Assembly: GCA_963803435.1 (NCBI GenBank)
Contig: CAWDML010000006.1
Coordinates: 160,001 to 224,000, forward strand
DNA from: an uncultured delta proteobacterium
GTDB taxonomy: Bacteria; Myxococcota; Kuafuiibacteriia; Kuafuiibacteriales; Kuafuiibacteriaceae
DNA length: 64,000 nucleotides
Direction: 5' to 3'
Under the pieces are notes generated by a model. The model saw only the letters and a program-made list of their open reading frames with translations. It was not told where the DNA came from and did not search any database. Positions within the stretch are counted from its first letter, which is position 1, and each line of letters opens with the position of its first letter. Below are positions 52,123-62,500 of this stretch, in pieces. Made by a program: the position numbers and the translations under genes.

Positions 52123-53457
52123 CTAGGAGCTGCCTACTCTCCTCCTCCGCAGCTGGATCAGCACGTGTGCGCCGAGCAGCCCCATCAGCCCTGCGTAGAT
52201 CCCTTCGGTGATGTCGTAGGTGCGGTCGACGATCAGAAGCTGGAGCACCTCCAACACCTCGGCCCACAGAAGACAGACCACGAAGCCGAAGCGGGGCGAG
52301 CGGCCCATGGCGTGGAGCGCGTATCCCAGAGGCAGATAGATCGCAGCCGCCTCGAATACGTTGCGGAAGGTGGAGACGTTGACGTTTCGGAAGAGCTCGA
52401 AGAACGGGACGAAGCTCCACACCGTGACGCGACGGATGCCCTCGGAGAGGTCGTCGTACATGATGAACGGCTGGAGCGCGCGGCACAGCGGGGCCGCCAC
52501 CGCGAACCCGATCACCAGCAGCGGCGCGCGACGGGTGAGCTCTCCCAGCTCGCGGGCGGGACGGATCGGGCCGGCCTTCGCCACGCCCACCGCGAGCGCT
52601 CCGCCCAGGAAGGCGGAGAGGATGCCGACCACCATGTCCTGCACGCCCGGGCTATGACCGACGATCACCATCTGTCCCATCTCGAGACCGATCGCGAGGA
52701 GGGAGGCCGAGGCGATCGCCAACGCCGCCGCCATCGGTGATCCGATGGGTTGCGCGAAGCGTGGGAACCAAGGCTGCCGGCCGAGAAACCCCGGGAGCTC
52801 GAACGTGGCCAGGAACGTGAGCGCTGCGAACAGCAGCCCGTCCGTGAACAGGGCTCCGACCGGCTTCACGCCCCAGGGATCGTCGAGGAACAAGCGGACG
52901 TTGTGGCGAAGCAGGCCGATATCGAGCGTGGGGAGAAACGGCGCGAGGGAGCCCGCGGCGATCGCGACGAAGTAGAGGCCGAGGATGATCATACCAGGGC
53001 TCTCGCGGACGGTCCGGGTGAGAGCACGGTCGATGCGCTCCCGGAGGATCACAACGTAGATCGCGGCGGTCGCCGCGCCCGCGAGCGCGCCGGCGAAGTT
53101 GGTGGCCAGATCGGTCGCCGACGGGATGCGCGTCGCGCTCATCGTCTGCAGGAGCTCGACGATCGCCGACAGCGACAGCCCGAGCAGCCCGATGAGCATC
53201 GAGCCAATCACGACGCCGCGCGCGCGGATCCGCTCGACCCCCAGAAAACCGAAGAACCCGAAGGGAAGGAACAGCACCACGTTCTGGACCATGTCCGGGA
53301 TCGACCAGATACGCTGGCGCTCGGTGTCCCAACCGGGCACCCAAGCGACGCGTGACAGCGAGGGCGGATTCGAGAGGTCCCAGGGGATGGTGGTCGCGTA
53401 GAAGATGAACAGGGCGCAGAGCACGAAGAAGGTCCTCGCGTTGAACAGGCGCGACAC
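52123..53457 (-). CDS. VanZ-like polytopic membrane protein (repeated VanZ-like units)
   Basis: DMVQNVVLFLPFG...IVELLQ...R.PS.TDLATN..GA; related ELLQ-like motifs recur downstream. Confidence 0.75.
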   Translation of the reverse strand: MSRLFNARTFFVLCALFIFYATTIPWDLSNPPSLSRVAWVPGWDTERQRIWSIPDMVQNVVLFLPFGFFGFLGVERIRARGVVIGSMLIGLLGLSLSAIVELLQTMSATRIPSATDLATNFAGALAGAATAAIYVVILRERIDRALTRTVRESPGMIILGLYFVAIAAGSLAPFLPTLDIGLLRHNVRLFLDDPWGVKPVGALFTDGLLFAALTFLATFELPGFLGRQPWFPRFAQPIGSPMAAALAIASASLLAIGLEMGQMVIVGHSPGVQDMVVGILSAFLGGALAVGVAKAGPIRPARELGELTRRAPLLVIGFAVAAPLCRALQPFIMYDDLSEGIRRVTVWSFVPFFELFRNVNVSTFRNVFEAAAIYLPLGYALHAMGRSPRFGFVVCLLWAEVLEVLQLLIVDRTYDITEGIYAGLMGLLGAHVLIQLRRRRVGSS

Positions 53458-53458
53458 G

Positions 53459-55234
53459 CTACCTCCGTCTCCTCTGCCTCGAGATCAGGATCCAGATCCC
53501 CAGCACCGCCACGCCGATGACGACCCGGAACAGGATCTGCGACCGCTTTCCCTCGAACTGCGGCCCGTGCTCGAACCGGACCTTCTCGAGCGGCAGCGGC
53601 TCCTCCTTCCCGATCAGCCGGTCCAGGATGGCCGCGCGCGCCCGCTCGTAGGTCACCGGATCCTGCGGCCAGACCCCGAAGCCCTCCAGGGGCACCTCGT
53701 CGCCGAGCGCCCGCGGGACCATCTGCTCCACGATCTGTCGTGCGGTGGTGGGATCGACCTCCTCGAGGCGCGACAGGAGCGCCGCGTCCTGAGCCCCGCG
53801 ACGGAGCATCTTCAGCCGCATGGAGGCGATCGGCCGATCGAACGCGGCCCCGACCTCCTCGCCGCGATAGATCAGCGTTCCGTCGAGGTTGAGCCGACCC
53901 TCGCCGGCGTTGTCGACCTCCCAGTTGAGCATGCCGTCGAGCCGATAGCGCGCCGCGATCCAGCCCCACGCCCGCAGACCCGGGAGCGGCCCGTCGATCA
54001 CCGTGGGCGGGATCGCCGGCTCCCCGCTGGTGTTCGAGCAATACACGCTGACCTTCTCGCCGTAGACCTTCCGGCGGCGCTCGAGCAGCCCCCAAGGGAT
54101 CGTGTAGGGGGCGCCGTGGACGTTCCAGAGATCCACCACCGCGCCCAGCTCCTCCGCCATGCGCTGATCGGACCAGCCTTCGATCGGCTGGCCGAAGTTA
54201 CCGTCCACGCGAAAGAGGACGTGGCTGCGATCGGCCAGCTGCGCGTCGGCGATCTTCTTGTCGTAGGCGATCAGCGCCTCCAGCTGCTCGGCGCGCTTCG
54301 GCTCGTCCAGGCTGTTCACGAAGAGCACCCACTCGGTCGCGTTCTTCCGGTCGAACCAGCCGCGGCTCTTCGCGAACTGCTCCCACTCGCCGAGCGACCG
54401 CGACCACTCGGCCTGATCCGGCGGCCACCAGTCCGTCTGGGGCAGGACGAAGCGCGTCACCGGCTGGTCGGCGCGCGGCCCACGATAGCCGTAGTCCGCG
54501 CTGAAGGCCGAGCCGTCGACGTACGGCTCGACGTGCTCGGCCCAACCCTCCCAGTGGATCGCGCCGCTCCCGAGGATCTGCGGGACGACGCGCATCAGCT
54601 CGATCGTCAGCTCGTGGGCGTGCCCCATCTGCATCCACTCCAGCTCGAGCGCGCGGTCCTTGCGCCCGCGCTCCAGGATCGAGCCGAAGTTGACCGCGCC
54701 GATCTTGGCCACGTCGCGCGTGGGCAGGCGGACGTCGAGCACCTCGACCTCCACCGGGATCGTCTGGTCGCCGACGTGGATCTCGGTTCTCTGGAGGCCC
54801 GGCGACAGATCCGGCGGCACGAACACGTCGACCCAGACCACCGCGCGGCCGTGCGAGAGCGAGATCGTCGAGGTCGGGATCAACGGATCCGGATAGAGGC
54901 CCGGTCCGAGGCTGTGCACCTGGGCGGTCTTGGAGGGGCGGTCGATCGGGATGCCGGCCTCTCTGAACAAGTCGACCGAGAGGGAGGATTCGGCGGCCGA
55001 GATCGGGAGCGTGCCCAGGTCGTCGGAGCCTTTCACGAGGAGCTGGAAGGAGAGAACCTCGTCGCGGGCGGCGCGAAGCCGGATCGGGATCGTCAACCTG
55101 ACTTGCAACAGATCCGAGGGCGCACCGCCGCGCTGGGCGAGCAGCCACCGGCCGTCCGCCAGATCGAACCGCACCATCTCGTGGTAGGCCTCGACGGTCG
55201 GGGAGGCCGCGAAGAGCAAGAGCGGTAGAATCAC
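53459..55234 (-). CDS. DUF4091-like (glycoside hydrolase-like) exported protein with C-terminal TM anchor
   Basis: DEP, GMLNW, DGTLIY.G, SMRLKMLRRGAQD; C-terminal TM followed by RQRRRR. Confidence 0.7.
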   Translation of the reverse strand: MILPLLLFAASPTVEAYHEMVRFDLADGRWLLAQRGGAPSDLLQVRLTIPIRLRAARDEVLSFQLLVKGSDDLGTLPISAAESSLSVDLFREAGIPIDRPSKTAQVHSLGPGLYPDPLIPTSTISLSHGRAVVWVDVFVPPDLSPGLQRTEIHVGDQTIPVEVEVLDVRLPTRDVAKIGAVNFGSILERGRKDRALELEWMQMGHAHELTIELMRVVPQILGSGAIHWEGWAEHVEPYVDGSAFSADYGYRGPRADQPVTRFVLPQTDWWPPDQAEWSRSLGEWEQFAKSRGWFDRKNATEWVLFVNSLDEPKRAEQLEALIAYDKKIADAQLADRSHVLFRVDGNFGQPIEGWSDQRMAEELGAVVDLWNVHGAPYTIPWGLLERRRKVYGEKVSVYCSNTSGEPAIPPTVIDGPLPGLRAWGWIAARYRLDGMLNWEVDNAGEGRLNLDGTLIYRGEEVGAAFDRPIASMRLKMLRRGAQDAALLSRLEEVDPTTARQIVEQMVPRALGDEVPLEGFGVWPQDPVTYERARAAILDRLIGKEEPLPLEKVRFEHGPQFEGKRSQILFRVVIGVAVLGIWILISRQRRRR

Positions 55235-55247
55235 AGCGCCTCCGCCC

Positions 55248-57176
55248 TCAAACGCGTGTGGTGCTGGAGATCGGCGAGGTGTTCGCGAGATCGATGTCGA
55301 GGTCGAGGCCGTCGCGCGTCGGTGGACCGTAGCGCGGGGGTGGTCGCATGTCCTCGAGCTCCGACGGCTTCAGCCAGTCGAGGCGAGCGGCCGTAGTCTT
55401 CGCGATCTCGTACGCGAGCGGGCCGGCGACGAAGTGCCAGTAGAGATAGTCGTACCAATGGAACGAGTTGAAGGTGAGCACGATGGCGCTCGAAATGGAT
55501 CCGGCCTCCAGCCCCAGACAGATGGCCGTGAACCACTCCCATCCCGGATAACCGCGCATCCTCCGGCGGGCTCGATGGTAGCAGACGATCGAGTAGAAGA
55601 ACGCGCCGGCCCAGACCGCCGTCCCGATCAAACCGTACTCGGCCAGCAGCTGCAGCCAAGAGTTGTGGGTCTGGAGACCGCGCTGACCTCGATAGGCGTC
55701 CACGAAGTCCGTCTCCACCGCGGAGACCTTCGGATAGTTCATCGGCCCGATCCCGGTGACCGGATGCTGTTCCCACAGCTTGATGGCCAGCCCCCACAGC
55801 ACGATGCGTTCGTGTTTCGACGGCTCGATTGCGTTGACGACCCAAGGGTTCGTGTCCTTCTGCCCGGTGATGGTGCCCATACGTTCCCAGAACTCGTCGG
55901 GCGCCACCACCAGAAAACAGGCACCCGCCACGAAGCACAGACCGAGCGCGATGAGCTTGCGGTTGGTCATCGCGATCCAGTAGCCAACGCCGGCAAAGAG
56001 CGCGAGGAGACCGGCGCGCGAGCCGGAGGCCAGCACGCCGAGGACGTAGCATCCGGCGGTGCCGAGCGCGGCCAGCCGCCACTTCGGATCCTTGAGGTTG
56101 AGCGCGAAGCCGAAGGCGACCGGACAGACAGCGACGATGATCGCCGCCAGAAAGTTGGCCTCGCCGCCCTGACCTCCGGCGCTGTCGGCGCGTCCGCCGA
56201 AGGAGAGCCAGTACCAGACGCCGTTCATGCAGATGTGCCAGGTGCCGAACATCCACGCCAGCGTGAGCAGGAAGAAGTGGCGCGGGTTCCGGATCGAGAA
56301 CGTGATCGCGATGATGTTGGGTAGCAACAAGAGCGCGATCTGAACGCGCTCCATGCCGACGCTCGTGTCGTAGATCGCGTTGGTCGCGCCGACGTACGTC
56401 AAGATTGTGAAGAGGAGGTGCGCGTAGAACCCCGGATTGGTGAAGAGGCCGCCGATGGGCCCCTTCGGAATGGGAATGCCGAGGGGCCCCAGGCCGGCGT
56501 TCCGCTCGACCCGCTCGGGATCCTTCTCGAACGTCTCGACCACGCGCACGACGCCGTCGCGGACGTTCTGATCGAGCGCCTTGGTGATGGCAGCGTCGAC
56601 CAGCGCGGGAACGGTCGCCTGCATCGCGGCGTGGAGCTGGCCGCGGGGCTTTCCGGCCTGCGCGTCCTGGACCGCCACCACCTCGCGCTCTCCGGCGTCC
56701 GCTCCGGCGGTGAGAGCGGCCTGCACTGCGCGGCGGACCGCCACGCTGATCGACGCGGGTGCGCGCCGCTCGACCAGCTCGATCGCGTCCTGCTCGCCGG
56801 CGACCACGCCGGCGTGGCGGATCTCCCCGCGCGGCCGGCCCTGGACGCCGGCGACGATCAGCGCGTCCGTGACCTTGGCCTTGACCAGCTGGATCGCCTC
56901 CTGCGCAACGGCCTGCCCGGCCTCGACGATCTCCTGCTGTCCCCATCGACCGAACATGCGGTAGTAGCGGAGCGCCCCGAGCATCGCGAGCGCGAAGAAC
57001 GCCGGCTGATATGGGAAGCCGGGCGCGTTGAACTCCTGGGGAGGGATGGCGAAGTAGAGATAGACCCCCGCGGCCGTGGCCCAGGCCGGGTCACGCAAGC
57101 CTTGATAGAGCGCGATCGGGAGCCCGACGAAGAAGATGACGAGCCAGCCGGCCGGCGGGATCATCATCGGGTCCAT
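55248..57176 (-). CDS. O-antigen ligase/Wzy_C-family protein with an unusual helical insert
   Basis: N.LA, SGSRAG, ER..LW..A......HPVTGIG..NY, HNSWLQLLAEYG..G. Confidence 0.85.
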   Translation of the reverse strand: MDPMMIPPAGWLVIFFVGLPIALYQGLRDPAWATAAGVYLYFAIPPQEFNAPGFPYQPAFFALAMLGALRYYRMFGRWGQQEIVEAGQAVAQEAIQLVKAKVTDALIVAGVQGRPRGEIRHAGVVAGEQDAIELVERRAPASISVAVRRAVQAALTAGADAGEREVVAVQDAQAGKPRGQLHAAMQATVPALVDAAITKALDQNVRDGVVRVVETFEKDPERVERNAGLGPLGIPIPKGPIGGLFTNPGFYAHLLFTILTYVGATNAIYDTSVGMERVQIALLLLPNIIAITFSIRNPRHFFLLTLAWMFGTWHICMNGVWYWLSFGGRADSAGGQGGEANFLAAIIVAVCPVAFGFALNLKDPKWRLAALGTAGCYVLGVLASGSRAGLLALFAGVGYWIAMTNRKLIALGLCFVAGACFLVVAPDEFWERMGTITGQKDTNPWVVNAIEPSKHERIVLWGLAIKLWEQHPVTGIGPMNYPKVSAVETDFVDAYRGQRGLQTHNSWLQLLAEYGLIGTAVWAGAFFYSIVCYHRARRRMRGYPGWEWFTAICLGLEAGSISSAIVLTFNSFHWYDYLYWHFVAGPLAYEIAKTTAARLDWLKPSELEDMRPPPRYGPPTRDGLDLDIDLANTSPISSTTRV

Positions 57177-57203
57177 CGGGCGGGCATGTTACCAGAAGAA
57201 GAC

Positions 57204-57902
57204 GTGATCGAGCTGGTGTACTTCGACGTTGGCGGCACATTGATTGACCCGAGCCCGTCGGTCGGCGCGGTCTATGCCTGTGCCGGCCGGCCCCACGGCC
57301 TGGCCGCCCCGCCGGAGGAATTGCAAGCCGCCTTTCGAAAGCTGTGGAGCGCGCGCACCGCGCCGGGCGCCGACTCGATCTTCACCATGGGTCACGATCG
57401 AGAGACCACGCACGCCTGGTGGCGCGCGCTCGTGTTCGACCTGCTCGACGCCGTCGGCTTCTCCGGTGATCGCGAGGCCTGCTATCAGAGCTTCTTCACC
57501 GCCTTCGAACGGCCCGAGAGCTGGCGGGTCTACGACGACGTGATCCCGACCCTGGAGGCGCTCCGCCGCCGTGGGATCGGTCGCGGCATCATCTCCAACT
57601 GGGACTATCGCCTGCCGCCGCTGCTCGAGCGGCTCGACCTCGCACGCTGGTTCGATCCGATCCTGGTCTCCGCCTTCGAGGGCCTCGCCAAGCCGGACGT
57701 CGAGATCTACCGGCGAGGCGCCGAGCGGGCGAAGCTCGTGCCCGAGCGCATCCTGGTCGTCGGCGATCGCGCGGACCTGGACGTCTACCCGGCTCGGGCG
57801 GCCGGGCTTCGGGCGCTCCTGATCGACCGCACGGGCGAGGGCGATCCGGCGTCGGCCATCCGCTCGCTGACCGAGCTGGTCGACCGGGAGGACGACCCGT
57901 AG
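57204..57902 (+). CDS. HAD-family hydrolase (REG-2-like)
   Basis: YFDVGGTL, ISNWD, KPD..IY, VGD...D. Confidence 0.9.
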   Translation: MIELVYFDVGGTLIDPSPSVGAVYACAGRPHGLAAPPEELQAAFRKLWSARTAPGADSIFTMGHDRETTHAWWRALVFDLLDAVGFSGDREACYQSFFTAFERPESWRVYDDVIPTLEALRRRGIGRGIISNWDYRLPPLLERLDLARWFDPILVSAFEGLAKPDVEIYRRGAERAKLVPERILVVGDRADLDVYPARAAGLRALLIDRTGEGDPASAIRSLTELVDREDDP

Positions 57903-57921
57903 ACTCGTTTCATCCGCGCCG

Positions 57922-57949
57922 TGAAAGGATCGGGGCCGCTCACGTCACC
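57922..57949 (+). promoter_or_regulatory. Putative ECF promoter TGAAAGGATC-N11-CGTCACC (copy 1)
   Basis: Identical elements and spacing at 59315-59342. Confidence 0.7.
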
Positions 57950-57956
57950 AGGGCTC

Positions 57957-58493
57957 GTGCCGAGTGCATCTGGGGTCGCCGCCGTGGCGGAACCGCTGGA
58001 TCTCGCCGAGATCTATCGCGCGTACGGCCCGGCGGTGGCGCGCTGGGCCGCTCGGCTGGGCGGGCCCGAGGCCGAGATTGAAGATCTGGTGCACGAGGTC
58101 TTCATGGTGGTGGACAGAAAGCTCGGCGGCTTCCGCGGCGAGGCCGCGCTGAGCACGTGGCTCTACCGGATCACCGAGAACGTGGTCCGCCATCAGCGGC
58201 GGAAGAACCGGCTGTTCGCCTGGCTCCTCGGCGACGACGCCACGGCGCACCAGCCGGCTGAGACCCCGGGGCCCGACGAGGCGCTCGAGCGCAAACGCTC
58301 GGTCGAGCAGCTGTACCGCGTCCTCGATCGGATCGGCGAGAAGTACCGAATCGCGCTGATCCTCCACGAGATCGAAGGCCTGAGCGGGCCCGAGATCGCC
58401 GAGCTGCGCGGCATCAAGGTGTCGACCGTCTGGGTGCACCTTCACCGGGCCCGCGCGATCTTTCTCGCCGAGCTGGAGAAGGAGATCGGGTGA
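57957..58493 (+). CDS. ECF RNA polymerase sigma factor
   Basis: EDLVHEVF, STWLYRI..N, EIEGLSG.EIAE...TV...LHRAR; start placed downstream of the promoter motif. Confidence 0.92.
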   Translation: MPSASGVAAVAEPLDLAEIYRAYGPAVARWAARLGGPEAEIEDLVHEVFMVVDRKLGGFRGEAALSTWLYRITENVVRHQRRKNRLFAWLLGDDATAHQPAETPGPDEALERKRSVEQLYRVLDRIGEKYRIALILHEIEGLSGPEIAELRGIKVSTVWVHLHRARAIFLAELEKEIG

Positions 58494-59317
58494 TGACGGA
58501 GCGAAAGGACGAGCTCGAAGCGCAGGCGGCGGCGATGTTCGCGGAGGCCCGCCGCTTTAGCCCGGTCGACCGCGGGCTGCTCGACCGCGTCGCGATGCGC
58601 ATGGAGCCACACGCCCGCCGGCGCTCGCTGCTGCTCCCATCGGCGGTGATCGCGGCGGTGGTGATCGCGATGGTGGTCCTGTCGTCCGCACCGCTGGGCC
58701 CGTGGGTAAGAAGAGCGAGCAGCGAGCCCCAGCGAGCGGAGTCGGGAGCGACGGCTTCGCCCGAGCGGGCCCCGCGGACGCTGGCCTCGGCCCCGCGACG
58801 GACGCCGCAGCGGATCGTCTCGCGCGCGATCGCTCCCGGGCCGCCGGTGGAGGTGCGGGCGCCGGTGCCGCCGCTCCCGCCGGCGCCGCCGCTCCCGCCG
58901 CTCCCGCCGCTCCCGCCGCCGGCGCCCCTGGCCCCGCTGCCCCCGCTCCCGCCGCTCCCGCCGCTCCCGCCTTCGCCGCCCCGGCTGGAGAGACCCGCGC
59001 CGCTCCCGAGACCCCGCTATCTCCCCCGGGCGATCGCGGAGTTTCAACAGGTCGACTGGGGGGAGCTGGAGGCCCACGGCGAGCTCCCGGCGTACGTCCA
59101 ATCGATCATCGCCCGGCGCGATCGCGGGGCGCTCCTGGCGGCGCTCGATCGCCTCGAGGTCGATCCCGAGCTTCGCCTGGTCCGCGGCGAGCTCCGCGCC
59201 GGAGCATCGCGCTGCCCGGACGCCATCAGCGACTTCGACGCCGTCCTCGACGACGACGCGGTTCGTGAGCTCCACGCGCGGGCGGCCTCCGGCCGGGACC
59301 ACTGCGAGCCCCGCTGA
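58490..59317 (+). CDS. Putative anti-sigma factor: TM, Pro-rich linker, C-terminal TPR-like domain
   Basis: GTGA overlap with the ECF gene; single TM; (PPL)n tract; LVRGELRAGASRCPDAISDF. Confidence 0.7.
   Translation: MMTERKDELEAQAAAMFAEARRFSPVDRGLLDRVAMRMEPHARRRSLLLPSAVIAAVVIAMVVLSSAPLGPWVRRASSEPQRAESGATASPERAPRTLASAPRRTPQRIVSRAIAPGPPVEVRAPVPPLPPAPPLPPLPPLPPPAPLAPLPPLPPLPPLPPSPPRLERPAPLPRPRYLPRAIAEFQQVDWGELEAHGELPAYVQSIIARRDRGALLAALDRLEVDPELRLVRGELRAGASRCPDAISDFDAVLDDDAVRELHARAASGRDHCEPR
58868..58982 (+). repeat. 9-bp tandem repeat (CCGCCGCTC and variants) encoding PPL
   Basis: Seen directly. Confidence 0.8.
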
Positions 59318-59342
59318 AAGGATCCGGTCGGGATCCGTCACC
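59315..59342 (+). promoter_or_regulatory. Putative ECF promoter TGAAAGGATC-N11-CGTCACC (copy 2)
   Basis: Matches 57922-57949; 8 nt before ATG 59351. Confidence 0.7.
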
Positions 59343-59350
59343 GAGGGAGC

Positions 59351-59593
59351 ATGTTCGTCGCGATTGCAACTCAACTTGCGTTTATGTTGACCTTGTCGGC
59401 TCAGGCCCGCCCGGATCGAACGGTGACAGCGCGGCGGACCGTCATCGAGTTCTCCGAGGTCGAGATCAACGGCCGCATCGTGGGGCCGGAGACGACCCTC
59501 ATCCAGAGTCGGGGCCGGACCCGCTTCCTGCCGTTGCTCCGCGTGCGGAAGGACTTCCTGCCCGAGCTGGTCCGCTCGGTCGAGCGCCTCTGA
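59351..59593 (+). CDS. cglF: CglF/GltF-like small exported protein
   Basis: Signal peptide; RRTVIEFSEVEINGRIVGPE...TRF..L.RVR.DF.PEL..SVE.L matches my recollection of the CglF consensus. Confidence 0.7.
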   Translation: MFVAIATQLAFMLTLSAQARPDRTVTARRTVIEFSEVEINGRIVGPETTLIQSRGRTRFLPLLRVRKDFLPELVRSVERL

Positions 59594-62500
59594 CTACAAG
59601 CGCGCCGACTTCGAGGTCTCGGGCTTGGGGACGTCGAGCACGATCTCCTCGTTGTAGAAGCGGATCATCTCCTCCGCCTTCTCGCGGTGCGCGAGATACT
59701 GATCCACCGGGATACGCTCGCACTTGGTGAAGAACCGCTGCTCCACCTTGATCTTCCCCCGCTCGGCGGACGACCGGCGCTCGAGCCGGAAGCACTTCGA
59801 GTCGATCGACGCGCTCTTCGGCAGGCGCAGGATCTTGGTCCCCTTGGGCAGCTCGATCTCCGAGGTCGACTCGAGCAGGTAGGGCGTCCCCAGCACCAGC
59901 GGGAACCGGCGCTCGGCCAGCTGGAACGAGGCCTCCGGGGACCAGACCGGAGGCACCTGGATGCGGAGCTTCTCCTCCTCGCGATGCGCGAACGAGGGCG
60001 CGGTCACCTTCACGGTGATCCGGGCCGGCTTCGAGAGATCCTCTACCTCGAGTACCTTCGGATCGGTGGCGGTCGCCCCCGGATAGGCGCGCGCCGCGTA
60101 GACCTGAAAGCCCTGTCGAAGGTGGTCCGCGTTCCTCGCCAGCTTGCGCACGCTGGCGGCGGTCGAGCCCACGGCCTCGACGTCGAAGGAGCCGTTCGCG
60201 CTGCCGTCATACTCCAGAGTGAACTGCGTCGTGACCGAGTATCGGTTGTGTTCGGCGCTCTGATACGGAATCTCGCGCCAGGTGTACTTCAGGGTCACCG
60301 GATCGAGCACGAGCGCGAACGCACCGGGGTCGTCGGCACGGAGCGTGCCGATGTCGAGCTCGTCGGCCGTCGGATCCCAGAACTGCCCCTCGGCGAGCCC
60401 CTCCTGCGCGGGCACGTACACGATCGCGTGATCGAACTGCTGCATCGGAACGTCCTTGCGAAGCGGGCCGCTCGGACGCGTACGCAGGATCGTGAAGTGG
60501 GCCTCGACGCCCGCCAGCTTGGCCAGCGTGATGAAGAGGACCGCCTTGTCCTTGCAATCGCCGTAGGCTCGCTTCACCACCACTGAGGCCGGGTGCGGTT
60601 TCACGCCGGCGATGTGGTCCTCGTAGTCCTGCTGGTACCGGATCTCCTCCATGAGGTAGCGCTGGGATCCGCTCGATCTTCTCCTCGGGCGTCGTCGCGC
60701 CGGCCACCAGCTTCATCGCCAGGTCCTTGACCTCGGCGCTCTCCTCGAACGCCTCCGAGAGCAGCGCCTTCTCCCACTCGAGGTACGCGTCCCAGCTCGG
60801 CACCGTCGAGACCAGCATGTTCATCGCGGTCTCGGAGAGCGTCGGCATGCCGGGCTCGGGGAGGAGCGGCGGGACGTCGCGCGCGCTCCACGAGAGACGC
60901 ATGTACTGGCCCTTCTGCTCCTCGGTCCGCTGGACGTCGCCCTGTACCCACTCATGGAACATCGTCCCCTTGTCGGCCCACACCACCCACTGGGACAGCT
61001 CGACCTGGTGCGCGAGCGTCTGGAACCACCACCCCCGCGCCACGTGCTTCGCGAGGTAGCCAACCGGACGAGCGTCGTGACGGTATTGCAGGACGATCGT
61101 GCTCCCGATCTTGAGGCCGCGGAAGCGCGCGACGTGCCCGCGAATGTTGGAGACCTGCGTGCGGGTACCGTCGGGATCGATCGCGTACGCATGGAGGATC
61201 CGGAGGCGGCCGCCGCCGGGCAGAGGCTCCTGCGTCAACTGATCGCGCCCCGACTGATTGAGCGCGTGGGAGACGTGCGTGACGAAGTTCGTGGTGCTGC
61301 CGTCAGAGTTGATCCGCGTGACCTCGTGATCGAGAAGATCGAGGACGTCGGCGCCCTGCACCGGCTTCACGTGCGCGCGCGACGCCACCGCCTTCTCCAG
61401 CGCGTCCTCGTCCGGCACCTCCTTCTCCCACGGCTCTAGCTTCTCGGGCGCCAGATACGACAGCCGATTCGCCAGCTTCTCGTCCTCCGGGTTCAGCATC
61501 AGCGCCGTTTTCCAGCGCTGGATCGCCGCCTCGCGATCTCCGCCCTGATACGCGATCCGGGCCAGCTCCGCGTACGGGGCCGACGCGTCCGGATCGATCG
61601 CCGAGGCCTGCTTCAGCGCCTCTTCGGCCCCGGCGCGATCGCCGCGACGGCGCCGCACCTCGGCCAGCCGGAACCAGGTCCAGGTCTGATCGGGCGCGCC
61701 CTTCACGAGCTGGAGGGCGAGCGCCTCGGCCTGCTCGAGCTCCTCGTTGCCGAGCGCGATCGTTTCGAGCTGAGAAATCGCGTTCTGATGCAGCGGCAGC
61801 TCGCGCAGGATCTCCTCGTAGATCCCGACTGCCTCCTTCTCGAAGCCGAGCCCGCGGCGGCACGCCGCCAGGTCCATGAGCACCGACTCCCAGCCGGGCC
61901 GCAGCTTCTCCGCATGTGCCAGCGCGGCACAGTGATCCTCGGGCCAGCCCTCGGCGTCGAACTGGCGCGCCAGCCGCGACCAGAGCTCCGGATTGTCGGG
62001 GTGCTTCTTCTGGACGTGCTCGAGCGACTCCCGGGCCTTTCGGGTCAGCCCCTCCTGCAACAGGAAGCGCGAGTGCTGGAAGATCAAGTATGGGAGCGCC
62101 TCACCGTCCTTCTCCGCCAGGTCGGCGAGCACGTCCGAGGTCCGCGACCGCTCGCCCTGATCCCAGGTCACCGCGATGAACGTATAGCGACCCACGATCG
62201 ACTTCGGGTGGTGCTGCACGAACGCGTCGCCGAGGGCGACAGCGTGCTGGGCGAGGCCGAGCAGCCGAGCCCAGTCGAGGCGGTGGAAGTCGCGCCGGGC
62301 GCCCGCCGCGATCTTCGCGGTCCGCAGGTCGAGGAGCTTCGAGGTCGGGATCGGTTTGTTCTTCGGCGCCCTCGGATCGATCGGCGCGTCCAGCTTCACC
62401 GGCTCCGTGGCCACCGGGTTGCCCTGGGGATCGGTGAGCCGCGCCATCAGCACCCAGCCACCTTCGTTCTGAGCGCTCTTCACGAGGACCCGGTTGGTCC

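Noticed and set aside
57921-57956. ORF-track start of the ECF gene at 57921
   Set aside because: That GTG overlaps the repeated promoter motif; a downstream GTG (57957 or 57984) is more plausible.
58868-58982. Possible CRISPR or non-coding repeat array
   Set aside because: The units are in-frame 9-bp coding repeats with no spacers and no cas genes.
27109-60669. Programmed frameshifting or a cluster of pseudogenes
   Set aside because: There are no slippery heptamers or other decay; the lesions are all single +1 events at GATC in unrelated genes.
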